A DNA stretch of 64,000 bases from Octopus sinensis. Its lineage: Eukaryota. Shown piece by piece: positions 1-13,099 of the stretch (positions are counted from its first letter, which is position 1; each line of letters starts with the position of its first letter). The position numbers and the translations under genes were made by a program. Where the stretch lies: the NCBI RefSeq assembly GCF_006345805.1, contig NC_043014.1, forward strand, positions 26,102,001-26,166,000, given 5' to 3'. Below the pieces are notes generated by a model. That model saw only the letters and a list, made by a program, of their open reading frames with translations, ran no database searches and was not told the DNA's origin.

Positions 1-1294
1 CCTGAAGTTTGAACCAAATCATACCCCGAGCAATTTAACCAGACCGTCTATCCAGCGTCCCACGACGCTCTTGGACGGCATGAACTTCCTTGTACAGCTG
101 CCGAGTTGCCAGCTCTCTGAGTTTTCGTCGTTAATTTTTGCTCCTGTCATCGCTTCATATTCTCGTGTCGCCAATCAGGTCTATATGCCTGTAACTCGAC
201 ACTATGACGCTGACATCATCAGAATAAGCAGACACACTTCTCCTACAACCTAGATCACGCGGGACACCCCTCAAAGCTTCCAACTTCTGCAGCAGTGTCT
301 TAAGTGTCAGTGCATACAGAAGGGAGATACAGACAGAGCGGAAGATACAGAATGGTTCTGAAAGGTGACCATTCACTCGAACAATCGGGCAGATGCCGCT
401 GTACAAAGCAGCGATCCAACCGCGGAAAACCGGACCGAAACCGGCTGCTCTGAGAACAACTGCCAAGTATTGATGGTCAACCCTATCGAAGGCTTTAGAG
501 TGATCAGTTTTGTTACCCATCCTCTTTTTATGATGTGGCGCATAAGGTGGAGGTTGTCGTGGATAGTCCTATTTGGGATGGCGCATAATTGTTCCTCGTC
601 AATCAGCTTGTCCACGACAAGCGCCAACCTCTTGGCTAAACCTTGGCCAAAATCTTCAGCTGTGCATTGAGCAGAGTGGTGGGCCTGAAATTCTCTATAA
701 CGTCCCTTTTGTTTGGGTATTTTCTCAGCAGTGCCAGCGCCCCTCGGCAAACAAAAATGGGAATTCTCTCATTTTGTTGCCAGTTGATATAGACGTCTGG
801 TAAGAGGCCCGCAAACAAGTCTGGCATTGAAATATAAAGCTCGTAGGGCAGGCCATCCCTATCCGGTGATCTGCCTCTTGTGAAGCTCTTCCTGCATCTC
901 CGTCATTGTTATCGACCTTTCGCAGCACACCGCTTCCCTCATCGAGAGTCCAGGTAGACACCGAAGTCTGCCCTGTTTCCTGTCCTAACATTCGTCTTGA
1001 ACAGTCGAGCAAAGTGCTGCTGAAAGGCCGCGCATATCTGCTTCGGTTCAAAGATCTCGTGCCCATTCTGGTCCACCAAAGACCGAATAGGAACTCTGTT
1101 GCTACGTTTTGCCTCCCTCACTCGCACCCATCGCCAGCTTTCGTTCCCTCCCCGCTTAGTGAACGTGCCTTAGCTCTGACAACGTAGCCTTCGTGTTTGG
1201 CGTCGAAAATTTGGTCGAGGGCCGACCTCGTGCCAACACGTCGGTTGCGATGACTTTCCTAAGCGCCTTATCTAATTTTCTAATTAAATCTCTT

Positions 1295-1342
<48 letters not shown>

Positions 1343-3216
1343 TTTCTATTCCTCTCCACCGCTAAAGCCTTGCTAAACCTAATCGATTCTACTCCAATTG
1401 GCCTTTTAAGAGCAAACCAACAGTTGTTGACGATTGCCCCTGTCAACGCTCTCTAAACTAAAACGCTGATCCGATCTCTGTAAGCTTGACACGCCGGTAA
1501 CAAAGTGTTCAGCTTCTAGTAGCCGGGGCCCTGTCTACGAAGCCTAAGATCATAAATTTGTGGTCTGTGTAGCCGACTATGTGAAATTGTGGACATCCAT
1601 ACTATCCTTATCTGCTGGCCTACAGAATACTCTAAAGTACGATCTTGACGAACCGTTGCGATTTGTCCAAGTCCACATTGGGACATTCGGGTTATCTATC
1701 CGGTAACTCTCACACAGCTGAAAACGTCTGAACACGTTTTTGAGGTTTTATCACCCTCATCTCCTATCAGATATTCCCACGCAATCGAAACGTCCAAGAT
1801 AGTGTTCCAGTCCCCAACTAATACTAAAGTTCGAGAAGTTCCCAGGAAAACCTCCAGATGCTTGAAGTAATCCGGCCGCCCTGTCTGTGTCAGAGCATAG
1901 GCAGCCACCAGTCTGAAGGCATCGCCATCACTGCTGTTCACATCTAGGACTACCAACTTACCTTCTGGATCAAGGAAGATTACCTTTATTTTCAAATTCA
2001 GACCTTTTTGGAAATGCCCCACAGTACCACCACCGCCCCTTCCTGGCCGACACGGAGATAGAAAAATCTCGTATCCACCAAAAAGGGCTGTGAGGTCTCG
2101 CAGGTCAGAAAGTTTGGTTTCACTAATGGCTGCTGCGTCTATACTAAGAGGTGTCAGGCCATTTAAAAGGTGACCTTGTTTCATAGGCGACCTGAGGTCC
2201 CTAAAATTTATGCAACCTATTCTGAGCATCACCTTGTTAAAACCAAATAATTAGGGTGGAGAAAAGCTTTGCTTACCATTGTTGTCTAGTAGGGTACCCC
2301 CTTTGTACTTTGGTGCGGGTGTTTCCACGAGGTTTTTGAAAAGTCTTTTGGAGAAATTTTTTTGAAAAGACCCAACAGCATCCGGGAAGTTTCTTTTCAA
2401 TGTGGTGTATGTGGTTTGGCTGAGTTTTACAATTTTTATATGTGATGGTGGTGCGTTGTGTGTGGGGAAGAAACATCCGGTAATGTGGTGTTTTTATTGA
2501 CTCGTAGATATGTTATCAGTTGCGTGTTGTCTGTGAGGTTGGTGGTATTTTTAGGGTCTGTTTGTGCTGTGGTTTCTGTTGGTGCTTGAAGTGGTAGTGC
2601 TGCAGGTGGTGGTGTTATTGTTGTGTATGTGTGTGTGTTGCTGCTGTTGGGAAGTTCCGCTTCTTTGCGCCTCCCCTTTCTTTCCAGTGTCTCTGTAGTA
2701 CTTTTTTCTTGGTGGTGGGGGGGCACTATCTGCCACTCACTCCTCGACCTCAATACTCAAGCAGCTCAAGCTGTTTAGGTCGGGAAGGAGAATATTTTCT
2801 GGCTCTTGGGGGTTCATTTGTTGCTGCTGCAGCTGCTGCTGGTGGTGTTACTGTTGGTGTTGTTGTTGGTGGTGGTGGTACTCCGGCTGGTGTTGTTTCT
2901 TGAGTTGGTGTTGGTGGTGCCTTGGCGACGGCTGAAGGTGGCGTCGCTGTTGCTGGTGTTGATGGTGATGGTATTGGTGATGCGACGACCACTGGGTTCT
3001 GCTACTATACTGGAGGTGCCCCTGGTGCTGGTGCCGGCAGAAGAGCCGATTGCTTCTTCTTTTCCTCTTTAGGGCAAGAGACCCTGAGATGGCCTTGGTC
3101 ATCGCAAAAGTAACATATCGGCCGCCCGCCCTCAACAGCGATATGCAGTTTGGTGCCCTCAGGCAGGTTTATTGAGTCGGGATGGAATTTACGTTCCCTT
3201 GCTGAAGATTAACCAG
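1..3216 (-). mobile_element. Degenerate Tx1/L1-clade non-LTR retrotransposon (ORF1 end, APE endonuclease, RT), running off the left edge
   Basis: Minus strand: ORF1 zinc knuckle CYFCDDQGHLRVSC (3074-3115) followed by a Pro/Thr-rich tract. APE motifs in 1696-2232 (RIGCIN, ISETK, LVGDWN). RT motifs NFRPTTLLN, DHSKAFDRVDH, SAYSDD at <830. Many frameshifts and stops. Confidence 0.9.
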
Positions 3217-3369
3217 TTATTTAACAAGACTGGCAGTTGTGGTTCCAAAGTTGGAGATAGTATTCATCGTATTTTCGATAAATAGTCTCCCATGCCAAAT
3301 ACGCGACTTGTCGCTTCGAATGTTGTCTGTCTGTCTGTCTGTATGTATGTATGTATGTATGTATGTATG

Positions 3370-4490
3370 TTTATGTGAAGATTTGTATGTTTTGTTTTGT
3401 GTATGTATTCTCATTCATATAGTTGCATATCTAGACATGCTCATATATACTTAAATAATAGACTTCTAGAAAGTTTTACAAATTTTTACAGTTCCAGTGA
3501 TGGATTTTATCTGCAGTCTTCGAATCAGCTGTCTTCTTTCTTATTTTGAAACGCCTAATTTCTTAAGATTGGTATTTAGGTAGCGTGTTATATATCCCAG
3601 TGCCCAATAATTACAAGTATAAACTTGAACTTGTAATCTGGATAGAATAACTGTTTCGCTTTATGTCAACATCAGCTCGGCAACCGATTTCCGAAACTGT
3701 ACACGATTTCTCTTCCATATCCCAAATCATTATGTCAGGTCTGTTGTGTTTAGATTTTATTGACGTGTTCACATGGACATTCCACCCGTATTCTTTTTTA
3801 TTATGAATGGCTCTGGCTTCCATCATACTGTGGGTTCTTATCTCTTTATCCTTCCGACGGATTTCATAATACAGTATCCTAGCTACAACATGTCTCATCG
3901 GTCATAATACCGTGATGACATTTTCAGACAACTACTTATGATATGGGTGATATATTTGGCTTTAACTCCACAAATCTGCATCGGTTGTCACATCTTACTG
4001 CTTTTCCAGCATCTCTGTCCCTTGGGTGCATCAGGTATTTGGTTGATATTTCCTGTTCCTGGATTGCAACTGAATACACTTCAAAGTGGGAGGTAGTAAT
4101 CCGGTTGTTGGTCCATGGTACGCATTGATGATCAACGTTACTTCCATCTCGGAGATTTCTACTAATATATCCATGCATGGTCTTCTGCTCATATACCCTT
4201 ATCTCTTCATTCCATAGCGGTAAAGTCTTGCAACTTCTTTGGGCATGTATTTAAGGTTATCAGACGAGGAATGCTACTCAAGGAGCAGCTTTCCACGTCT
4301 TATGATGTTATCAGCGTCATGAATGCAAACTTCGTCAAGGGATGCACTTCATCGTTTGGTGGCTAATAGATGTTGCCGGTATGGATTGACGTTAAACCTC
4401 TGCCGCTTTGTTTCCGTTTTAGGTTGAGGTAGTCTACATTACCGTTGATGTGGAAATTATGTGTGCTGGTTATATTTTCCGAGTTTCCAT
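3370..4490 (-). mobile_element. 5'-truncated R4/Dong-type non-LTR retrotransposon (CCHC knuckle plus restriction-like endonuclease)
   Basis: Motifs GRGLTSI, AIQEQEISTKY, CDNRCRF, MRHVVARILY and HNRPDIMIWD. Closely similar to the copy at 49592-51797. (TATG)n on both sides. Confidence 0.85.
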
Positions 4491-4576
4491 AGGTATGTAT
4501 GTATGTATGTATGTATGTATGTATGTATGTATGTATGTATGTATGTATGTATGTATGTATGTATGCATGTATCATA

Positions 4577-4995
4577 GGCGCAGGAGTGGCTGTGTGGTAA
4601 GTAGCTTGCTTACCAGCCACATACTTCCGGGCTGAGTCCACTGCGTGGCACCTTGGGTATGCGTCTTCTACTATAACCTCGGGCCGACGAAAGCCTTGTG
4701 AGTGCATTTGGTAGCCGGAACCTGATAGAAGACCGTCGTATATACATATATATATATATAAATATGTATATGTGTGTGTGTGTGTATGTGTGTGTGTTTG
4801 TGTGTCTGTGTTTGCCCCCCCCCCCAGTATCACTTGACAACCGATTTTGGTGTGTTTACGTACCTGTAACCTAGCGGTTCGGCAAGCGAAACCGATAGAA
4901 TAAGAATAAATCCTGGGTTCGATTTGTTCGACTAAAGGCGGTGCTCCAGCATGGCCGCAGTGAAATGACTGAAACAAATAAAAGAATAAAAGAAT
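4577..4995 (+). mobile_element. tRNA-derived SINE family A (CORE-like, internal microsatellite, AAAGAAT tail), full length
   Basis: Head ggcgcaggagtggctgtgtggtaag (A-box-like), CORE-like ggcaccttggg, tail ggcggtgctccagcatggccgcag...aaaagaat. About 12 copies in the window. Resembles octopus OR/OK-type SINEs from memory. Confidence 0.85.
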
Positions 4996-6229
4996 TACGT
5001 ATGCATGTATGTATGTATGTATGTATGTATGTATGTATGTATGTATGTATGTATGAATGTATGTATGTTTGTATGTATGTATGTATATATAGGTAGGTAG
5101 GTAGGTAGGTAAGTAGGTATTCATATATGTACACTGCCTATTTATCTTGATATCTTTCCTTTTCTTCTGGAAAGGGACTAACGTTTAAAACGTGTGAAAA
5201 TGTTCTTTTTGTTAATAAAATCGGTTGAACTCCCTCTATTTTTATTAAACATTGTTACTGATGCGTTGTCCTTTTAATATTAATTTTTGTTTTACACATA
5301 CATACATACATACATACATACATACATACATACATACACACACAAAACACACACACAAACACACACACATACATACACACACACAGAAACACACAAATAA
5401 GCAAACAAATAAATACACGCGCAAACACACACTATATGTATATGTGTATGCATAGATGTCGATATGCATGGAACCTGAAAAGGGTGTTTAGTTGCTATGG
5501 ATACTGTAACACGTGATATAATTCAGGATATATACACGACATAGCGATAACATCGACCACTAAAATGCTACAGGAAGTCTTTTTAATGATTACCAGTTTT
5601 ATGTAAAATTGTACATATGCGGGCATGCATACGTACACACATACATATATATATATAAACATACTCAAACATACATATGTATGCTAATGCCAAGGAAAAT
5701 ATGTATAGGAAATGCGAAGAAAGATCGTTAGAAAATTTAATTTCAAGATTGTCAACATGTGCTTAAAGTTTTCAGGAGTTACTTTAAGTGGTTGAATTGG
5801 GGCGGACAGAAACATGCACATACCATGCATCACTATTACTCTTCATTAACTAACATAGTGGCTAACTTGTGAGCTAACAGTATTCGCCGATATTCGTGTG
5901 TGTGTGCTAAATTTGAGTTTACCTTGACCTTATATGGTCTCAAGTTGCAGAGTAGGTTGTGAAGGGTCAGTGTTATGGAAAATTTTTATTGATTAAATTT
6001 TTGTTGTGTTATTCTTCAGAATCTATTCATGCTTGGAAAAACTTTCTTATCGGGTGTACCTTGTTTAGATGTGTCAGCTTATATATATTATGCACACCTA
6101 ATTCCCCGAATCGCGTTACTTTGTTTCTGTTGGTGCTTTTGGAGCAAAACAAATCAGTGTGGAACAGGATTAACCCACAGACGTTAAATTAAAAAGATAG
6201 CTAAAGATAAAGATCATTCTCGATTCAAA

Positions 6230-6752
6230 TACACTTATAGGGACGGTTTCCTGGTTTTCGTGGAACATAGGTCCCCACCTTGGATGGGGAGCCACTCTAT
6301 CATAGAATTACTCACTTTTTCCGACTGAATGGGCTGTAGCAACGTAAAATGAAGTGCTTTGCTGAAGAACAAAACTCACCGCCCGGTCCAGGAATCGAAG
6401 CCACTAAAATGAGTCCAACTACTTAGACACACGCCTCCACAAACTGACACATCGTCGGATACGACGACGCGGGTTCCAGGTGATCTGATTAACGGAGCAG
6501 CCCACTCGTGAAATGAATTTGAAAGTGGATGAATACACCACATTTACGCGAACCCATAACGTAGTTCTCAGGGAGATTCAGAGTGACAGAGTGTGACAAG
6601 GCTGGCTCTTTGAATTACGGTACAACTCATTTTGCCTGCATTTTTGCACGAGAGAGACTTGAAATAAAGTGTTTTGCTCAAGGAGTAATCGAACACACGA
6701 CTTTATGACTGTGAGCCAAATACACTAACCACTAAGCCGCGCGCCTTCACCA
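6230..6752 (-). mobile_element. Two adjacent copies of tRNA-derived SINE family C
   Basis: Minus-strand head ggcgcgcggcttagtggttag, then gttcgatt and ccttgagcaaaacact. Body shared with 41582-41890 and partly with 58740-58915. Confidence 0.7.
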
Positions 6753-6769
6753 CACATATTAAATTGCCA

Positions 6770-6920
6770 ATAATCCTTTCCACTATAGACTCAAGATCTG
6801 AAATTGAGGGGATTTGTCGATTACATCGACCCCATTGTTTTACTGGTACTTATTTAATCGGATCCGAAATGACCTTGGCGGAATTTGAACTCAGAACGTA
6901 ATGACGGCGAAATACTATAT
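6770..6920 (-). mobile_element. SINE family B, partial
   Basis: Shares gtcgattacatcgacccc, actggtacttattt and ggcggaatttgaactcagaacgta with the copies at 44904, 57410 and 60920. Confidence 0.75.
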
Positions 6921-7349
6921 ATTGGTAATAATAATGACTTGTTTACATCTGACATCTCGTATACGAAGCGTAGTAACAAAAATCAGTACTGGCTAAATTT
7001 CTTTAGAATATCTGTAGAGACAACCTTAACAAATAATATTATATTGCTAGAACGTGTATCTGTGGAAGAGTACCGTTATGTATTCTGTGTTATTTTAAGA
7101 CTCCCGAACGACAATTCACTTTCCTACTGTGAAACGTGTACTCTGTAAACGAAGACACAAATCTTTCTACAGACTATGGTCAGTAGGACTCATCTGATTT
7201 ACGAACTAGTAGCAACTAAATTCAGTGTTACGTGAATAAATTTAAACACTATCCATAATTTTCACTACATTCATTGTAGTCATATTTACTTTTATTTTAC
7301 ATTTCTTCATTTTTTTAATATAAAGTGGTCAAGAGAAAGAAAGGCAAAG

Positions 7350-7725
7350 GAAAGCAAATTTTTTACTGCTTGCTTTTAGTCATAGTAAGAGCAGTAATAT
7401 TATCTTCTCTGTATTTTATTACTTTCGAGAAGGGAGAGTAAAAAAGAGGACCAAAAAAAAATGAGTGTCCAAGAAAGAGAAAGACAGAGAAAGCAGATGT
7501 TTTACTGCTCGCCTTTCAGCCGTGTTAAGTTGTCAACAGAAAGCAATTTTTTTTACTGCTTGCTTTCAGTCATAGTAAGAGCAGCGATGCTATTTTCTTT
7601 GAATTCTATCATTTTCGAGAAGGGGACGTAAAAAGAGGGACAAAACAAAAAAATGAATGAGTGACTAAGAAAGTGAAAGACAGAGGAAGCAGATATTTTA
7701 CTGCTTGTCTTTCATCCGTGTTAGA
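7350..7725. repeat. Diverged ~190-bp tandem duplication with an internal subrepeat
   Basis: aaagcaa(t)nactgcttgcttt.agtcatagtaagagcag occurs at ~7351 and ~7540; each unit ends in gacagag.aagcagat.ttttactgct. Confidence 0.75.
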
Positions 7726-7919
7726 CCAGCAGACACTCCTCTTGAAGTGCTGATGTTTATACTGTTCTGTGCAACAGAGATCAAAAACTTGCCTATTCAG
7801 AGGCTTTCCTCATAGTCGGACAGATTTAGACGAGAAATGCACATTTAGTCAGTCTACAAGTTTGCTTTGTTGCTTTCTGATATATTTCGTACGATTATTC
7901 GGTACCGAAGAGTATAAAT

Positions 7920-8276
7920 TTTATCTTCTACTTGTTTCAATCAGTAGATTGTGGCCATGCTGGGGCACCACCTTAAATAATTTTTAGTCTAAGGAATCTA
8001 CCCCAGTACTTTTTTAAAGCTTGGTGCTTATTCTATTGGGCTCTCGTGCCGAACTGCTAAGTTACGGGAACGTAAACACACCAACGCCGGTTGTCAAATG
8101 TTGGTGACGGACAAACACAAACACACACACATATACGACGGGTTTTTTCAGTTTCCCTTCATCAAGTCCACATACAGGATTTTAGTCGACTCAAGGCTAT
8201 AGTAGAAAACACCAGTACAAGACTGAACCTGGAGCCATGTGGTTGGGAAGCAAACTCCTTACCACACACCTGCGCT
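7920..8276 (-). mobile_element. SINE family A
   Basis: Reverse-complement similarity to 4577-4995. Confidence 0.8.
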
Positions 8277-8699
8277 TGCTTTCTAAAAAGATTTAACCAA
8301 TGGAGAGAATATTTTTGATCCATTCTTAATACCTGAATTCAGTCATGTAACCCCAGATTTTCCTTCACTATTTCACACGCGAAAAGAAGAAACCAGCAAT
8401 TTGTGTGTGTGTGTGTGTGTGTGCGCGCGCATGCGATTAAAATGTAAAGTTCTCATACATTCGTTCATGCTAATGCTTTTAAAACATAATTTTAAATATT
8501 TAAAGTTATTTAAGAAAGGTTATGTAAAAAAGTAAGCTAGCATCCAAATTATCTATTAGCATAAAGCTTAGATCCATTTAAAAAGATTATAACTCAGTAG
8601 AATTTCTCATGCCTTCCATCATCCACAGGATTGCAAAAGGGTCAAATAGTTCAGTTTGCTCTCTAATTTCCCCAACTTTGACAAAGTTAAGAATATTAT

Positions 8700-9330
8700 C
8701 ATTCTCGGAAAAGAGAAATCAAAGTTTAAGCTAAAAATTAAAACCAAAGTGAGCAGCAAGGAATGTCACATTATTTTGATTGAAAGTATTATGAATAGTC
8801 TGAGTGAATGACGAGATGACCCATTCTGAACAAATTTTTCTGTTTTCCATGTCTGTTAGTTTGTCAGTATAGGAACACATTTTCTCAGCTTTGAAGTGAT
8901 ATTGAAAACGAATATCACTTTCAAAACGAAATTATTTAAATGTATAGCTGTTACAAGTGAAGGTGTAATTAAACCAATGATCGAAAAAGAAAAAAAAACC
9001 AGCAATTGTTGCTGTTATGCTTGATGAAACTAGAGACCTTCGAATGAAATTTTAACTGTCACACATTTTGCGATTTGTTGATGAAGAGGAAAGGCTTCAA
9101 GAAAGGTTTAGGGGATAAGTCGATGTCAGTAAGGACAGAAAAGTTGCATCACTGACAGAAGTTGTGCATTGTTATACATATTCACTTGATTTGGTACTCT
9201 CTCAATCAGCTTCAAGAGTTTGTGAACGTCGAATTTTCTTCCAAACTTTAAAATGAAATTCGAATTTTTCTCAAAGTCGACGGCTTGAATAGCTCCTACT
9301 GGATGAAATCACTGGAAGGTGATTTCCCAA
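8700..9330 (+). mobile_element. Degenerate hAT transposase fragment (ZMYM1/DUF4371-like)
   Basis: Manual translation gives NKFFCFPCLL (TTF-finger-like), VAVMLDETRD..LSHILRFVDEEERLQERF and VVHCYTYSLDLVLSQS, with large deletions. Confidence 0.7.
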
Positions 9331-9574
9331 GTCACATGTACGTTTCTCGTGTCTTACTTCAAAACGGTGCATTGTAGGGAGAAACTATTTTCATTTTCAG
9401 ACTCCTCATATCTCAAAGTATATATAATACTACACTTTACAGGGAAAACGGGGGCGGGTGGAACACCCGGTCTCCCACAGTCCTCAGTGGGTTGATTGCA
9501 TGCTCTAGTTTCCTAGTCACTCTTCACCACTGATATATGTGTGTGTGTGTGAGAGAGAGAGCGAGAGAGAGAGA

Positions 9575-9657
<83 letters not shown>

Positions 9658-10565
9658 CCTGTGTGTATCTGTATGTATAAATGACTATATGTATGTATGT
9701 ACCGTATGTATGTATATGAATTTTACCAGAAAAGGAGTTGACAGTAACTTCGATGTTTCAGTTTTCTCGTTTTCACCAGAGTGTGTTTCTGGGATTTACT
9801 TTTATTTTTTGTATGGGGGAGATTTACATAGTGTCTGGCAAGTTCTTTCTTTGGGCAGTGGAGCAATGGAACGATAATTATGTGTGGCGTAGGTAGACTG
9901 GGGAAGTAGTTGTGTTGGGAGAGGGATAGAGAAGGACAGAAAGAAAGTATGTGTGTGCAGGGTATGGGTTGACAGAAAGTTATTGTGGGGACATTTATTT
10001 CTGTTTGACAATGGAATTTTATTATTTAGCATTCAGTCAGGACAAAAAGTAAGATGTGAATAGAAGTGTTAAGTTTAGTTCACAGCATTCTTTGTATAGA
10101 CACGTTTGTAGATTAATCGATTGGTCACACAGCCAACGTCAGACTGAAGCTGAATTAGTGTTGTTGTTTAGACAGGTTGTTTTGGTAATTTACTATTGAA
10201 AACTAAGTTACTATGAATAATTTTTGTGCTTTCTCGTCTGATTCTAACATGGCTATTTATATTTACAACAGTGTACGCAAATGCATTGATGTCACGATAT
10301 GATATTACCTAAATATTCAATTGAATGCATAACAATGATGCAAATTTCCATAAATATATCCATCTATAAGGAGAGATATATGTACAAGGAGTATACATAT
10401 CTTCTTCAAAACCAGACCCTATATAAACGAGTTCAAGAAATATTCAGTGTGTTCTCGTGAAAAAGTGTATCTCACATATAGGTTAAAGTAGAAAGGAAAG
10501 CCAATTTAGCAAGGCCTGCCGGAATATTTAATTTAATTTAACAATATTATAAAAGGTAGAGATAG

Positions 10566-10655
10566 TCTCTGACAGCTGTTTCTATGATATGCAAGCTATT
10601 GGAACATTGTGTTGAGCGAAGATTCCATGTTCGGAGTATCCCGTCATCGAAGAGA
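10566..10655 (-). ncRNA. Degenerate minimal type-I hammerhead-like motif with extended stem II
   Basis: UCUCU-UCGAUGA-[long stem II]-GAAAC-AGCU-GUC-AGAGA. 5-bp stem I and palindromic stem III ACAGCUGU; C3/U4 are altered. Confidence 0.5.
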
Positions 10656-10799
10656 GAAAGGTTAAATATATGTAGCAGTCTGCAGTTCGAACTAGAATTT
10701 TAGTGGCCCATCTGTTTGAGGACTAAGAAAGACTAGTTTGACCGAAAACTCTCGTATCTTATATATACGTGTGTGTGTGTGTGTATATATATGCCTTTT

Positions 10800-11063
10800 A
10801 CCTTATATCTTTTACTGGTTTAGACAGCGCCATGCTTGGGCATCGCCTGAATAGAATGAATCGATTCATGTACTTATTATTTCTAAAACCTATTTTGAAC
10901 TGTTCTTTTCTTTTGTCGAACCCAGTTACAGGGAGATGAACACATCAACAGATGTTGTCAAGTGGCGGTGGGGGACAAGCACACGCACAAAGCCACACAC
11001 ATACATACACACCCGCATACATGCATACATACATACATACATAAACGCGCGGGCGCTCACACA

Positions 11064-11098
<35 letters not shown>

Positions 11099-11140
11099 GA
11101 TATGTATTACATGACGAGGCTCTTTCAGCTTCCGTCTAGG
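10800..11140 (-). mobile_element. SINE family A, partial
   Basis: gccatgcttgggcatcgcc, gttacagggagatgaacacatcaac and gacgaggctctttcagcttccgtcta match family A. Confidence 0.65.
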
Positions 11141-11556
11141 GTTTTTACGTCTTATTTCTAGCAATGCAGGTACTACCATGCATCGTCAGTCACAATCAGT
11201 GACAACTGAATTATTCCTTTTTGGTTTTATATTGCGTATGGCCGCCTCTGTTACTTTGTAATTTTCACATTACCATTTTGCTGAACCAGCCATTGATTCA
11301 TATGGTAAATACTTTATACAGGACTCAGCCAAACCGTTCAGCGAAAGAATAGTCACCACTGAAAAGCTTTAATTTCAAAGGAAACTAGAATACTAATATC
11401 ACAATCTCGCTCGCTGTGTGGTGGTTAGCTCTCCTGTCAGTACACAGACATATGCTTCTTGCGTCTAAGACGGTTTTAGCTCTTATTTCTAGCAATGTAG
11501 GTGCTACCCTGCACCTTCAGTCACCATTAGTACGTATGTACACACACACACACACA

Positions 11557-11587
<31 letters not shown>

Positions 11588-12031
11588 CACGCGATATGTA
11601 TTACATGACGAGGCTCTTTCAGCTTCCGTCTAGGGTTTTTACGTCTTATTTCTAGCAATGCAGGTACTACCATGCATCGTCAGTCACAATCAGTGACAAC
11701 TGAAGTCTTCCTTTTTGGTTTTATATTGCGTATGGCCGCCTCTGTTACTTTGTAATTTTCACATTACCATTTTGCTGAACCAGCCATTGATTCATATGGT
11801 AAATACTTTATACAGGACTCAGCCAAACCGTTCAGCGAAAGAATAGTCACCACTGAAAAGCTTTAATTTCAAAGGAAACTAGAATACTAATATCACAATC
11901 TCGCTCCCCGTGTGGTGGTTAACTCTCCTGTCAGTACACAGACATATGCTTCTTGCGTCTAAGACGGTTTTAGCTCTTATTTCTAGCAATGTAGGTGCTA
12001 CCCTGCACCTTCAGTCACCATTAGTACGTAT

Positions 12032-12032
<1 letters not shown>
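11097..12032. repeat. 494-bp-period tandem duplication bounded by (CA)n
   Basis: Units start at 11097 and 11591; about 5 substitutions are visible between copies. Confidence 0.95.
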
Positions 12033-12080
<48 letters not shown>

Positions 12081-12313
12081 ACACACACACACACACATAC
12101 ACACACATACACATATATATATATATAACTTCTTAAATGGATAATGTATATATATAACAACAACAATTGCAGCGCGGAAGGTGTTTATAAGCCATTTAAG
12201 AAGCATACAAAAACCGTTAGATTCACTTCAACATTTAAATTTAATTTGTCATAATATTTTCTTCGCTTTCAGACCGCGACCCGTTCACCGACAGAACTTC
12301 GTGCTTATATATA

Positions 12314-12684
12314 TTCTTTTTTATTTGTTTTAGTCATTTGAATGGGGCCATGCTGGAGCACCGCCTTTATTCGGGCAGGTTGACCCCAGGACTTATTCTT
12401 TGTAAGCCAAGTATTTACTGTATCGAACCCTTTTGCCGGACCGCTAAATTACGGGGAAGTAAACACACCAGCATCGGTTGTCAAGCAATGTTGGAGGGAA
12501 AACAGACAGACAGACAGACAAACACACACACATATACGACGGGCTTTTTTCAGTTTTCGTCCACCAAATCCACTCACGAGGCTTTCGTCGGCCCGAGGAT
12601 ATAGTAGAAAACATTTGTCCAAGGTGCCACGCAGTGGGACTGAACCCGGAGCCAGGTGGTTGGTAAGCAAGCTACTTACCGCAC
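12314..12684 (-). mobile_element. SINE family A
   Basis: Reverse-complement similarity to 4577-4995, including B-box-like ggttcagtcc. Confidence 0.85.
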
Positions 12685-12713
12685 ATATATATATATATAA
12701 CTTTTTAAATGGA

Positions 12714-12784
<71 letters not shown>

Positions 12785-13099
12785 GTGGTTCATACAGGCA
12801 TGGTATGGATTCGATCATCGATAGCCAAATTTCCCTTAACAGTTCAACAGCACTTTTCTCACGGTAAAACAATAGTTTTTTCTGTGAGTTACATTTGCCA
12901 GATGCCTTCGCTAAGCAGAATAGTCTTTGCTACTTGACGCTCCAAACCTCTTCTAGGCCACTAAAAGCTAGAATAGAGATAACAGCTGGCGTCCAAGCGG
13001 AGACTTCAGAGCCCTCAACAACGCTACAGTGCCTGACACCTAACCCATACAACTTTTCCATGATTATTCTAGTTCGCTGAACGGGGCACGGGTTTTCTC

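Noticed and set aside
2750-3135. Pro/Thr/His/Gln-rich ORFs suggesting a mucin or transcription factor
   Set aside because: They are the low-complexity part of the Tx1 ORF1, lying between the zinc knuckle and the endonuclease.
4363-5124. 253-aa ORF and the many similar YI/HT/VC/MYVC-repeat ORFs
   Set aside because: These are stop-free microsatellite and SINE reading frames, not genes.
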